Source of the DNA: Candidatus Kapaibacterium sp.
Lineage (GTDB): Bacteria > Bacteroidota > Ignavibacteria > Palsa-1295
Length of the DNA: 64,000 nt
NCBI GenBank assembly: GCA_038210275.1
Contig: JBBQWV010000016.1
Coordinates: forward strand, 5,447 to 69,446
Direction of reading: 5' to 3'
The notes beneath the pieces are model-generated. The model had not been told where the DNA came from and ran no database searches. It was given only the letters and a program-made list of their open reading frames with translations. Shown piece after piece: positions 1-8,044 of this stretch (its first letter is position 1; each line of letters opens with the position of its first letter). Made by a program: the position numbers and the translations under genes.

Positions 1-1297
1 TGCATCGGTAAGCTATACGCCTCTTCCGATACGAGAAATTCCCCCTGCACCACCTCCACCGCCGCCGCCACCACCACCACCGCCGCCGCCGCCTGAGGAT
101 AAGACGCCGAAGCTCAATGCTTCAGTGCAAGTAGTCGGCGTTGATAAAGATGGGCATGAGATACCACTTCAATTTAAGGTCGAAGAGTTTATCAGTACTC
201 AGCTTCGTCCGCTCTTGAACTATGTTTTCTTTATGGAAAACTCCGCAGAGCTACGCCCCGAATATACTCAGCTCAGTAAAGATGAAGCTGATAAATTCTA
301 TGTCGATAAACTTTTTAACTACGAGACTCTTCCGCTTTACTACCAACTGATGAATATCATTGGCAGACGTATGGTCGAGCATCCTGACGCAAAGATCACC
401 ATCGTTGGTTGCAATGCCGCGCTTCGTGATGAGAAGGGAAATCTTGATCTCTCCATGAAACGTGCTGAAACTGTCCGAAATTATCTAAAGACTGCATGGC
501 AGATCAGTGATGACCGCATGAGTCTGAAAGCACGAGAGCTTCCTGAACGAAATTCGAGCATGACAACTGAAGATGGAATTGCCGAAAACCGTCGCGTTGA
601 AATTCAATCTGCTGATTGGTCAATTCTTGAACCCGTGCTGACGATCGATACGATTCGCGTTACTAATCCTCCGACTGTCAGATTCAAGCCGACGATCAAT
701 GCTCAGGCAGGGCTTGCAAACTGGCACGTTGAAGCCGGCAATCAAGGAAAACGCCTGAAAGAATTTAACGGAAATTCTACTGTACCTACAAATCTTGATT
801 GGCGAATTGAAAAAGAAAAACAGCATACTTTGGCATCGCTTAGAGCTTTGAACTATCAGCTCACGGCAACCGATGCGATCGGGCAGAAAGTAACGACAAA
901 ACCTGATTCGATACCCGTCTTGCAGCTTACGCTTGCCAAAAAGAAGGAAGAGCATATTGCCGATACCGTCTTCTCGCGATATAATCTTATTCTTTTTGAT
1001 TTCGGCAAAGCGAATCTCAATCCTGCTAACCAAAAGATCGCCGATTACGTGAAGTCGCGTATCACTCCTGATGACATCGCAACGATCAACGGTTACGCCG
1101 ATAGAATCGGAACACCGGAATACAACCAGAAACTTTCCGAAGGCAGAGCTAATGCGACAGCCGTTGCTGTTAACCTCACAAAAGCAACGATCAAAGGCAT
1201 CGGCGGCTCAGAGTTGCTTTATGATAACGACGTACCCGAAGGACGCTTCTATTGCCGAACAGTGACGATATTCGTGGCTACTCCGAAAAAGCAGTAA
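1..1297 (+). CDS. OmpA-family protein, 5'-partial (frame opens at nt 2, no stop upstream); polyproline linker then two OmpA-like peptidoglycan-binding domains
   Basis: The frame from nt 2 is open to the window edge, so the listed GTG at 125 is not the true start. The C-terminus reads GYADRIGTPEYNQKLSEGRANATAVAVNL, a typical OmpA_C-like motif. An internal copy reads KITIVGCNAALRDEKGNLDLSMKRAETVRNYL. The N-terminal part encodes PPAPPPPPPPPPPPPPPP. Confidence 0.8.
   Translation, partial: ASVSYTPLPIREIPPAPPPPPPPPPPPPPPPEDKTPKLNASVQVVGVDKDGHEIPLQFKVEEFISTQLRPLLNYVFFMENSAELRPEYTQLSKDEADKFYVDKLFNYETLPLYYQLMNIIGRRMVEHPDAKITIVGCNAALRDEKGNLDLSMKRAETVRNYLKTAWQISDDRMSLKARELPERNSSMTTEDGIAENRRVEIQSADWSILEPVLTIDTIRVTNPPTVRFKPTINAQAGLANWHVEAGNQGKRLKEFNGNSTVPTNLDWRIEKEKQHTLASLRALNYQLTATDAIGQKVTTKPDSIPVLQLTLAKKKEEHIADTVFSRYNLILFDFGKANLNPANQKIADYVKSRITPDDIATINGYADRIGTPEYNQKLSEGRANATAVAVNLTKATIKGIGGSELLYDNDVPEGRFYCRTVTIFVATPKKQ
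43..93 (+). repeat. (CCR)n trinucleotide run encoding a ~17-residue polyproline linker
   Basis: The sequence reads ccacctccaccgccgccgccaccaccaccaccgccgccgccgcct. It lies in-frame inside the partial OmpA-family CDS. Confidence 0.7.
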
Positions 1298-1496
1298 TTC
1301 TGAATAAGTAAAAAGTCAAAACATTAAATTCAAAAAGAGTGCCTGTTCCCCTTTTGACTTTAATGTTTAACCGCTATATTTTCTCCGGGTGAGCGACTGT
1401 AACTCCTTATAATTCATGTATATCGTTGTGCACATTCGCATCTTTTCCTTCCCTTTTATTTTCATCCTTCATCCTTCCACCTTCGTCCTTTCCCCG

Positions 1497-1605
1497 ATAG
1501 GTGCCCATCATACTTGAGATAATATACGAAATAAAAACCTGTTTGTCAAGGTGCCCAAAGAATATTTTTTAAAAGATAATATTACGAGCACCTATGAAAC
1601 TTTCC
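1497..1605. promoter_or_regulatory. Upstream motif cluster: ATAGGTGCCCAT (1497-1508), TTTGTCAAGGTGCCCA (1541-1556), inverted partial copy GAGCACCTAT (1596-1605)
   Basis: Exact 12-mer and 16-mer words, both repeated exactly at 46928-47028. The TTTG ... TATTTTTT spacing resembles a Bacteroidota-type -33/-7 promoter (TTTG / TAnnTTTG). The cluster lies ~90-190 bp upstream of the 1692 ATG. Confidence 0.4.
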
Positions 1606-1691
1606 ACCCCTCTCAGGTCATATTATACCAAGAACATGACATGTCTCTTCGAAAACTAGTATTTTTGTAATCATCATCTAATCAGTACGTT

Positions 1692-3005
1692 ATGAAAACT
1701 ATTACTATTCGCCTCCTCGCACTCTGCGCATTAGCAGTTATGCTATTGCCGGGATTATCATCGGCGCAATCAATCTCGATAAATTCTGTCTCTGCAACAA
1801 CGTTTTGCGGCGGTGATCGAATCTCTGTTACCTTCACTGCATCTGGAACTTGGGGTCATAAGAATGCCTTTACACTTCAGCTTTCCGATGAGACAGGTAG
1901 TTTCAGCAATACCTTCTCGAACATAGGGTCAATTTCTGACACGATACCAGGTACTTTTACACTTGTATCAACACTTCCTGATATTCAATTGCCTTCGGCA
2001 CATTATCGTTTCCGTATAATCAGCGCCAATCCTTATACAGCAAGTACTGATAATGGAAGTGGTATCTATATCGGAAAAGTACCCGATGAGTTTCTTCTTG
2101 GTTCATCAACACCATCAGTCTATATCTATGCACCTGTTAATTTTTTCATCTTGAATCGTGGAGGTCCAGATAAAGACGATACCATCTATTGGGACTTCGG
2201 AGCCGATGCAACCCCCCAAACTTACGTAAGTAATACAGCAAGTGCTTGGAACCTCAACGCTTCCTATTCAACCGGAGGAGAAAAAACCATAAAGGTACGC
2301 ATGATAGCACAGGGAGGATGCTTAAGGGACTATTCATTCAAGCTTAAAGTCATTGATACTTCTTATAACGCTTCATATTGTTTCCCTGCAATCCCTAAAA
2401 CTGCATTAATTGATAGTTCATCAAGCCAAGATTTTACCTACTACGATTTTGGAAAAGTTGTTTGGATCAATCCAGGAGTTACTTCTTCTTATTCACAAAA
2501 TATTGAATACGATACTGTCTTTTGCGAGCCTGGAGCATCAATAATCAATCATAATAAGGGAAATGTTTACTATTTGAAATCTGGCGTTTCTTATAGAGAA
2601 AATAGTTCAGACGGAAATTCTAATAATACTATTATTCATGCAGATGGAGTAAGCATTCAGAACACTAATAGCAGCGACGTTATTATTTCCTGCCCGGGGC
2701 TTACTTTCGACTATACAAATGCTCCGCTAAACAAAGCATTCCAAGGCGATGTAAAAAGGAATATTTCTTCAAATCAAATAGAGCTATCTCCAAATCCGAC
2801 AACCGGTAATATCACTGTACATGGGTTACCCCTCGTCACGCAAAACATCAGCATTATGAGTATTCTTGGCAATACTGTTATGCAGATTCCACCAGTATAT
2901 TCTGAGAGCTTTACAGTAAGCATCTCGAAGCTTCCGCAAGGAACGTATTATCTGCGCATCGTGTCGAATAACGGAGTCGTCACGAAGAAGATTATTAAAG
3001 AGTAA
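1692..3005 (+). CDS. Secreted protein with C-terminal T9SS type-A (Por_Secre_tail-like) sorting domain
   Basis: The N-terminal signal peptide reads MKTITIRLLALCALAVMLLPGLSSAQS. The last ~80 aa read ...ISIMSILGNTVMQIPPVYSESFTVSISKLPQGTYYLRIVSNNGVVTKKIIKE, the hallmark pattern of T9SS type-A CTDs. Confidence 0.8.
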   Translation: MKTITIRLLALCALAVMLLPGLSSAQSISINSVSATTFCGGDRISVTFTASGTWGHKNAFTLQLSDETGSFSNTFSNIGSISDTIPGTFTLVSTLPDIQLPSAHYRFRIISANPYTASTDNGSGIYIGKVPDEFLLGSSTPSVYIYAPVNFFILNRGGPDKDDTIYWDFGADATPQTYVSNTASAWNLNASYSTGGEKTIKVRMIAQGGCLRDYSFKLKVIDTSYNASYCFPAIPKTALIDSSSSQDFTYYDFGKVVWINPGVTSSYSQNIEYDTVFCEPGASIINHNKGNVYYLKSGVSYRENSSDGNSNNTIIHADGVSIQNTNSSDVIISCPGLTFDYTNAPLNKAFQGDVKRNISSNQIELSPNPTTGNITVHGLPLVTQNISIMSILGNTVMQIPPVYSESFTVSISKLPQGTYYLRIVSNNGVVTKKIIKE

Positions 3006-3022
3006 AAGGAATTGTGAAGTGT

Positions 3023-3108
3023 AATTGAGAATTGAGAAAAGATGCTAATACTTAAAGTTTGTTCGCTCTCCCATATACGACGCGGCATTATTTTCTCAAT
3101 TCTCAATT
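3023..3108. repeat. Perfect 18-bp inverted repeat AATTGAGAATTGAGAAAA / TTTTCTCAATTCTCAATT bracketing the ATG of the next gene
   Basis: The left arm is 3023-3040 and the right arm 3091-3108, with the start codon at 3042 inside the 50-nt loop. The left arm is itself a tandem AATTGAGA x2. Confidence 0.7.
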
Positions 3109-4010
3109 TTGTATTTTCAATTCTGGTTCTCGTCCTCCTCTCAGGATGCAAGAGTTCAACTGAGCCTGTAACAAGTTCTGGATCGGGTTCACTGAGCGGT
3201 ACGGTCAAAGCATACGGAATACTTTCTGCTCAGCCGGTCAGTTCATCTGGCGTGGAAGTGGAATTACAAGCGACAAAATACCATGCAATTTCCGATTCCC
3301 TCGGAAATTTTCGTATTGATAATATCCCTGCAGGAGTCTATAATATTATTTTTTCCAAACAGGGATTCGATTCGATGATCTATCCGGTGCATCATCTTAT
3401 TGGAGCAGGGACAGATATTATCAACGATGCGTACCTGATTCAGGAATCGAATGATTCTATTCTTTTCAAAATTGTATCCTCAGTTTATACGGTAAGTATA
3501 ACGAAGTTCATTCATATCATTGATACACTTATTAAGATCGGTACCGGGCACAATGATACGATCATCCGCTCGTTCGATACGACGATCATAACCTATGATA
3601 CAGCGCGAACCCCGGTAAAAATAATTACGACGTGTAATCTCGTAGGAAATCTACTCCCTGATAATATCTATGTCTATAGCTCGCTTGATAGCGGAGTGTT
3701 CCCTAATTCGATCTGCCGCGAAACCAATAATCTTACGATGGACGCATGGCTCACCCAGCATAAAAACGATACATTATTTCATGCAGCTTTCCAATCACCA
3801 AAGATCATCAACGGAGTTTTCTTAGATACACTGTCAAGCGATGTTATCGGGCGAAAACCATTTTCCTTTGAGAGCGGGCAAGTAATTTATATTTATGCCT
3901 GCGGACATTCAAGCACGAACGGTTTACCTCTCCTTGATGGAGAGTATAAACATTTTCTCACAACACCTTACGGACCCCAGGTTGTCAGGTACAGATTTGT
4001 TGTACCGTAA
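3042..4010 (+). CDS. Lipoprotein with carboxypeptidase-regulatory-like (CarboxypepD_reg) β-sandwich domain
   Basis: The signal reads ...RRGIIFSILNFVFSILVLVLLSGC, with a lipobox LSG|C. A segment GTVKAYGILSAQPVSSSGVEVELQATKYHAISDSLGNFRIDNIPAGVYNIIFSKQGFDS matches the CarbopepD_reg pattern. Confidence 0.6.
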   Translation: MLILKVCSLSHIRRGIIFSILNFVFSILVLVLLSGCKSSTEPVTSSGSGSLSGTVKAYGILSAQPVSSSGVEVELQATKYHAISDSLGNFRIDNIPAGVYNIIFSKQGFDSMIYPVHHLIGAGTDIINDAYLIQESNDSILFKIVSSVYTVSITKFIHIIDTLIKIGTGHNDTIIRSFDTTIITYDTARTPVKIITTCNLVGNLLPDNIYVYSSLDSGVFPNSICRETNNLTMDAWLTQHKNDTLFHAAFQSPKIINGVFLDTLSSDVIGRKPFSFESGQVIYIYACGHSSTNGLPLLDGEYKHFLTTPYGPQVVRYRFVVP

Positions 4011-4013
4011 TTC

Positions 4014-4595
4014 ATGAAGTCAAGCACGCAACATGAAGAATTTCTGCAATTGCTGGAGCCGGTATACCCGAGGCTTTCACGATATTCGCTTGCTATTACC
4101 AGAAATGTTGAAGAAGCAAAAGATCTGACAAGTGAAACAGTTCTCACGATGCTTGAGCAATTTGAGAGTTTGAGAACAACCGAAAATTTTGGCGGTTATC
4201 TTTTCAAAATTGCCTCACGTCTTCATAAGCGTAAACGGTATCGCGAACGCTTTCGGATTTCTTACGATCGGCAGACTGCAGAGATGCAAGAAGATTTAAC
4301 TCCTTCACCGGAGCAAGCTGCAGAAATTGCACTCGTGATGAGAGCACTTGAAAAGCTTCCACCCAAGATGAAAGATACTCTCGTGCTCTTTGAAGTTGTC
4401 GATCTCTCTCTCGAAGAGATCCGTGATATTCAAGGGGGAAGCTTAAGCGGTGTTAAAAGCAGATTAAAACGCGGGCGCGAGATGGTTCAGCAAAACCTTG
4501 GAATTAAGAATACTATGAGGATTAATATTATCGGGAGAAGACCCGAAAATTTTAATCCTGCATTAAAAAAAGCAGAAGATTACTATGCTCTCTAA
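4014..4595 (+). CDS. RNA polymerase ECF-type sigma-70 factor
   Basis: σ70 region 2-like sequence (EAKDLTSETVLTMLEQFESL...YLFKIASRLHKRKR) and region 4-like sequence (LPPKMKDTLVLFEVVDLSLEEIRDIQGGSLSGVKSRLKRGRE). Size 193 aa. Confidence 0.9.
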   Translation: MKSSTQHEEFLQLLEPVYPRLSRYSLAITRNVEEAKDLTSETVLTMLEQFESLRTTENFGGYLFKIASRLHKRKRYRERFRISYDRQTAEMQEDLTPSPEQAAEIALVMRALEKLPPKMKDTLVLFEVVDLSLEEIRDIQGGSLSGVKSRLKRGREMVQQNLGIKNTMRINIIGRRPENFNPALKKAEDYYAL

Positions 4596-5628
4596 TAACT
4601 ATCAAAATGCTATCAACTCGCTTCGTAACCGCGAAGCACAGCCTTCGTTCGAAGAGATTCGCGAACTTGTATTAGCCGAAAAGCCCAAGCGTAAGGCATT
4701 TGGTTTACCGATCTGGACTTATCTCGCCGGAAGCGCCCCTATCTTTCTAGTCCTTGCAATTATTCTCTTGACATCAGCGATGGGGTCAAAGCAGAATCTC
4801 TCACACCTCACCAAATTGCTGCCCATTAAAAGCTTTATTTCACAGCAAAAAATAATTACACCTCAGTTCTTAGCTGTGAAATCATTTGCTTCAAGTTCAT
4901 CTCCAACTGAAACGAGAGATGTACTTCATGTTTTGGAATCTTCAGAAAATCCAATTCAGTTAAGTGAGCGATCAAAAGAAAAACAATCAGTACCAGTTCC
5001 TCCGAAACCAACAGCATCTTCTGAAGTTGAATCTGTGAAAACGACCGACAATAAATTGGATTGGTCGATCAGCCCTTCAGATATTGCCTCCGCAGAGGAG
5101 AATATTTCTTCGACGTTTCATTATTCATTCTTTATTTCGGCAGGTATACCTGCTTCTCAGTGGGCTTTTCGATTTACCGACCTACTTTATGGTTCAGTTG
5201 GGATTAAGAAGCAGTTGAACTCCGCTTCAACTATCGCTTTTGAATTACGCAGAAATACCTTTCTCAAAAAATATACTGCACATATATCAAGCTATCATGA
5301 CACAGTCTTAACAGTTGGGGGACAAACGTATCACAATTCAATCGGCGTATTTACTTCAGCATCTGCTGAAATGGTCAACAATGTTATCTCCTTTGGCGTA
5401 GGTTACCGTTTGAATTTTTCGCGGATCGGAGCATTTACCCCCTTTGGCGAGTTTGGTTTAGGAGCAAGTACACAAGGCGCTCTAACATCTGAAATTTTAG
5501 GGATACAGTATTCCTTAAACTCCCTTATCTCCCTAGAATTTCTCATTCGAAGCGATCAATTGTTTTCTCGGGGCTCATCTCCTCAGTCAAGCTTTAATAT
5601 TAATGTCGGGGCGAGTTATCCTTGGTAA
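4585..5628 (+). CDS. Membrane protein translationally coupled to the ECF sigma gene (11-nt overlap); candidate anti-sigma factor with OMP-β-barrel-like C-terminal region
   Basis: A ~45-aa cytoplasmic N-terminus is followed by a single TM helix (PIWTYLAGSAPIFLVLAIILLTSAMG), then a Ser/Pro-rich linker. The C-terminal β-rich region ends ...NINVGASYPW. Position and coupling are typical of anti-σ genes. Confidence 0.5.
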   Translation: MLSNNYQNAINSLRNREAQPSFEEIRELVLAEKPKRKAFGLPIWTYLAGSAPIFLVLAIILLTSAMGSKQNLSHLTKLLPIKSFISQQKIITPQFLAVKSFASSSSPTETRDVLHVLESSENPIQLSERSKEKQSVPVPPKPTASSEVESVKTTDNKLDWSISPSDIASAEENISSTFHYSFFISAGIPASQWAFRFTDLLYGSVGIKKQLNSASTIAFELRRNTFLKKYTAHISSYHDTVLTVGGQTYHNSIGVFTSASAEMVNNVISFGVGYRLNFSRIGAFTPFGEFGLGASTQGALTSEILGIQYSLNSLISLEFLIRSDQLFSRGSSPQSSFNINVGASYPW

Positions 5629-6415
5629 GCTGCTCAGCCTTCTCGCGATCTTTGGATGAATAAGAGATGAAGATGTCAGACATTTGGAGTGCAAAGATAC
5701 GGATTAAAGGCTAATACAGGTTTCAAATAGCTTAAAATAAGATTTGAAAAGTTACAAGGTTGATGATTCCAATATATTCCCGAGATCGAGTATTGCTCGG
5801 AGCTTAGGGGTCCGCCATCGTCAAAGCTAAGGTTACATGGATAGTTCAAAATAAGTCATATCAACGAAAATAAATTTTATTTTCTTAATACAATGTTTTA
5901 GAATAAGTTATGGGGTAAATGGAGTGTCATTCTAAAAAAAAAAAGCGAAAGGATTAGGATTTTCAACATTATTGTTGTATTTTTGTTTTTGTATTTCAGG
6001 GTTTGCCCCCATGTTTCTTTGAAATTTGATTAGTTTGCTTATCGTCAGTAGCCGCAGATAAACGCCTTATCCTTAAACTTTGCCAAGGATCATGCGGCTT
6101 TCAAGACAAATAGTTTGCGCTGAAAACCTAAAAATCAGCACAAAATACCATGTAAGAGTCTTTGCCACTTTGCCGGCGAAACTCACTTTATCGTTGAAAA
6201 TAACGTGAAATCAACAAAAATGAAGGAAGCCTTGCTCTGTCAAGTCACTTTAATAGTCTCTACGAACCTGTTTGACTGTAACAAAATAGGGTTTCGTGAG
6301 TTATTAACAAACAGGAGTGGTGTTTTATGGGGCATGATGGTACTTAATGTTGATTAGTGGTAAAATTTTGATATTTTTTAACTTAATTGCTTTGAGAATC
6401 CCGTTTCATAAAATT

Positions 6416-7984
6416 ATGCCTTTCTGCGTCGGAGCAATGCTCATGGCTCTTGTATCTGTGGGATTTTCTCAAATCCCAAGGCAGATCAGCTACCAGGGCT
6501 TGTTGATCTCACCGTCAGGTGTTCCGATTTCTAATGGGAAGCATGTGTTGAAGATAAGTTTATACATTTCCGCAATAGCGGCTACCGATATTTACAACGA
6601 ATCGATCGAGACACAAACAAATAATGGACTTTTCACCGTCATCATCGGTGGCAATGCGCCTATTCCTGCTTCAATAGATTTTCGAGATCAGTATTGGTTG
6701 GGCGTAAGCGTTGATGGAGGTGCTGAAATGGCACCTCGTACAGCGCTGACATCTGTTCCGTATGCGCTTCATGCTGAAGTGGCGGATAGGGTTTCTTCTA
6801 TTTCGCCAGATGCAAAAGGTGTGGTGACCAGTATTAACGAAGTTGACGGACCGATTCGTATCATCGGAGACAGCACAGCAAAAGTTACACAAAAAGGTCA
6901 AGTCATCACGATTTCCTCAATGCCTGACGGAGTCCAGACTATCCAAAATGTTGACGGCACAATTTCAATCCAGAATTCAAGCGGACCGATCGTGACATTA
7001 GGAATCAACGACACATCTATCACCAACAGCAAACTTGCAAGGAATTCCGTATCAACGATAAATCTTCAGGACGCTTCCGTGACTGGGGCGAAGATCAACC
7101 AGATGGGAGCATTTACGAATCAGGTTCTCAAATGGGATGGTACAAAGTGGTCACCGGGAAAAGATGATACAACGGCGATCAAACCCGGAACAGGAATTGT
7201 AATTACCCAAAATGCGAATGGCGATAATGTGATCTCGACAACGCTGATCGGCTTGCCTCCAGGCACCACAGGCGCGACTCTTCGCTATGATGGAAATAAC
7301 TGGATATCCAATACTTTTCTTTATAACGACGGCGCACGTATCGGAATCGGCACAACGACTCCTGGTGCGATGCTTGACATGGCAGGAAATTTGATGATCA
7401 GCAATAACGGAAACGCGTCGAGTGAATTGCGAATTCAGGAGCCTTTAGTGGGCGGACAGAATAAATTTTACACGTCATTCAGATCGCCGAATTATATTCG
7501 TAACATCGACTATCTCCTTCCACCGGCATTACAGCCGAATGATGCAGTGATGTCTGTGAATAGTCAGGGAGTGATGACTTGGGTGAATGTACTGCCTCCG
7601 AGTGTTGCCGTTCCATTTAATCTCGTCACCTCAGCAACCAATACCGGGCAAGACTTACAAGTAGGGGATGGATCAAATCTTCACCCGACCGGAACCGGTG
7701 TCGTCAGTGCAAATAAGCTTTCAGGATCAACGCAGGGTGGCAGTTCTTATGCAGGCAGAGTTGTAGTACCGCAAGGTACGACATCGCTAAAAGTGAACCT
7801 CGCGCCATCAGTCGGCTGCGCTCCGAATTCCAGCGTAACTGTCTCACAATTCGATGCGCAGGGTTACAGCAATATCGTTGCGACGATGGTGACGGAAATA
7901 ATTCAGGATTCATTCACCGTGCAATTCTCGGCTTCATATCCGACGAACACAGGATTTATCACGTACTTGATCGTCAATCCATAA
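6416..7984 (+). CDS. Secreted tail-fibre-like repeat protein (paralogue 1). ORF track starts at 6347; 6416 (MPFCVGAMLMALVSVGFSQ signal peptide) is the likelier start
   Basis: N-terminal module ISYQGLL...NGLFTVIIGG...SVPYALHA. Tail-fibre-like motif ARIGIGTTTPGAMLDMAGNLMISNNGNASSELRIQ...YLLPPALQPNDAVMSVNSQGVMTW, the same module as in the giant gene. C-terminus ...FTVQFSASYPTNTGFITYLIVNP. Confidence 0.65.
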   Translation: MPFCVGAMLMALVSVGFSQIPRQISYQGLLISPSGVPISNGKHVLKISLYISAIAATDIYNESIETQTNNGLFTVIIGGNAPIPASIDFRDQYWLGVSVDGGAEMAPRTALTSVPYALHAEVADRVSSISPDAKGVVTSINEVDGPIRIIGDSTAKVTQKGQVITISSMPDGVQTIQNVDGTISIQNSSGPIVTLGINDTSITNSKLARNSVSTINLQDASVTGAKINQMGAFTNQVLKWDGTKWSPGKDDTTAIKPGTGIVITQNANGDNVISTTLIGLPPGTTGATLRYDGNNWISNTFLYNDGARIGIGTTTPGAMLDMAGNLMISNNGNASSELRIQEPLVGGQNKFYTSFRSPNYIRNIDYLLPPALQPNDAVMSVNSQGVMTWVNVLPPSVAVPFNLVTSATNTGQDLQVGDGSNLHPTGTGVVSANKLSGSTQGGSSYAGRVVVPQGTTSLKVNLAPSVGCAPNSSVTVSQFDAQGYSNIVATMVTEIIQDSFTVQFSASYPTNTGFITYLIVNP

Positions 7985-8044
7985 AAATTTGAGTAGTGTA
8001 ATTTAAATTTATTTGTGTATTTACTTAACCTAACCATACAAACA

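Noticed and set aside
620-1033. 137-aa antisense ORF inside the OmpA-family gene
   Set aside because: It lies fully within a well-supported sense CDS that has recognisable OmpA motifs. The antisense translation is low-complexity.
1318-1380. Possible terminator hairpin after the OmpA-family gene (AAAGTCAAAACATTAAA … TTTTGACTTTAATGTTT)
   Set aside because: The two halves share words, but these are arranged as direct rather than cleanly inverted repeats. I could not build a convincing stem by inspection.
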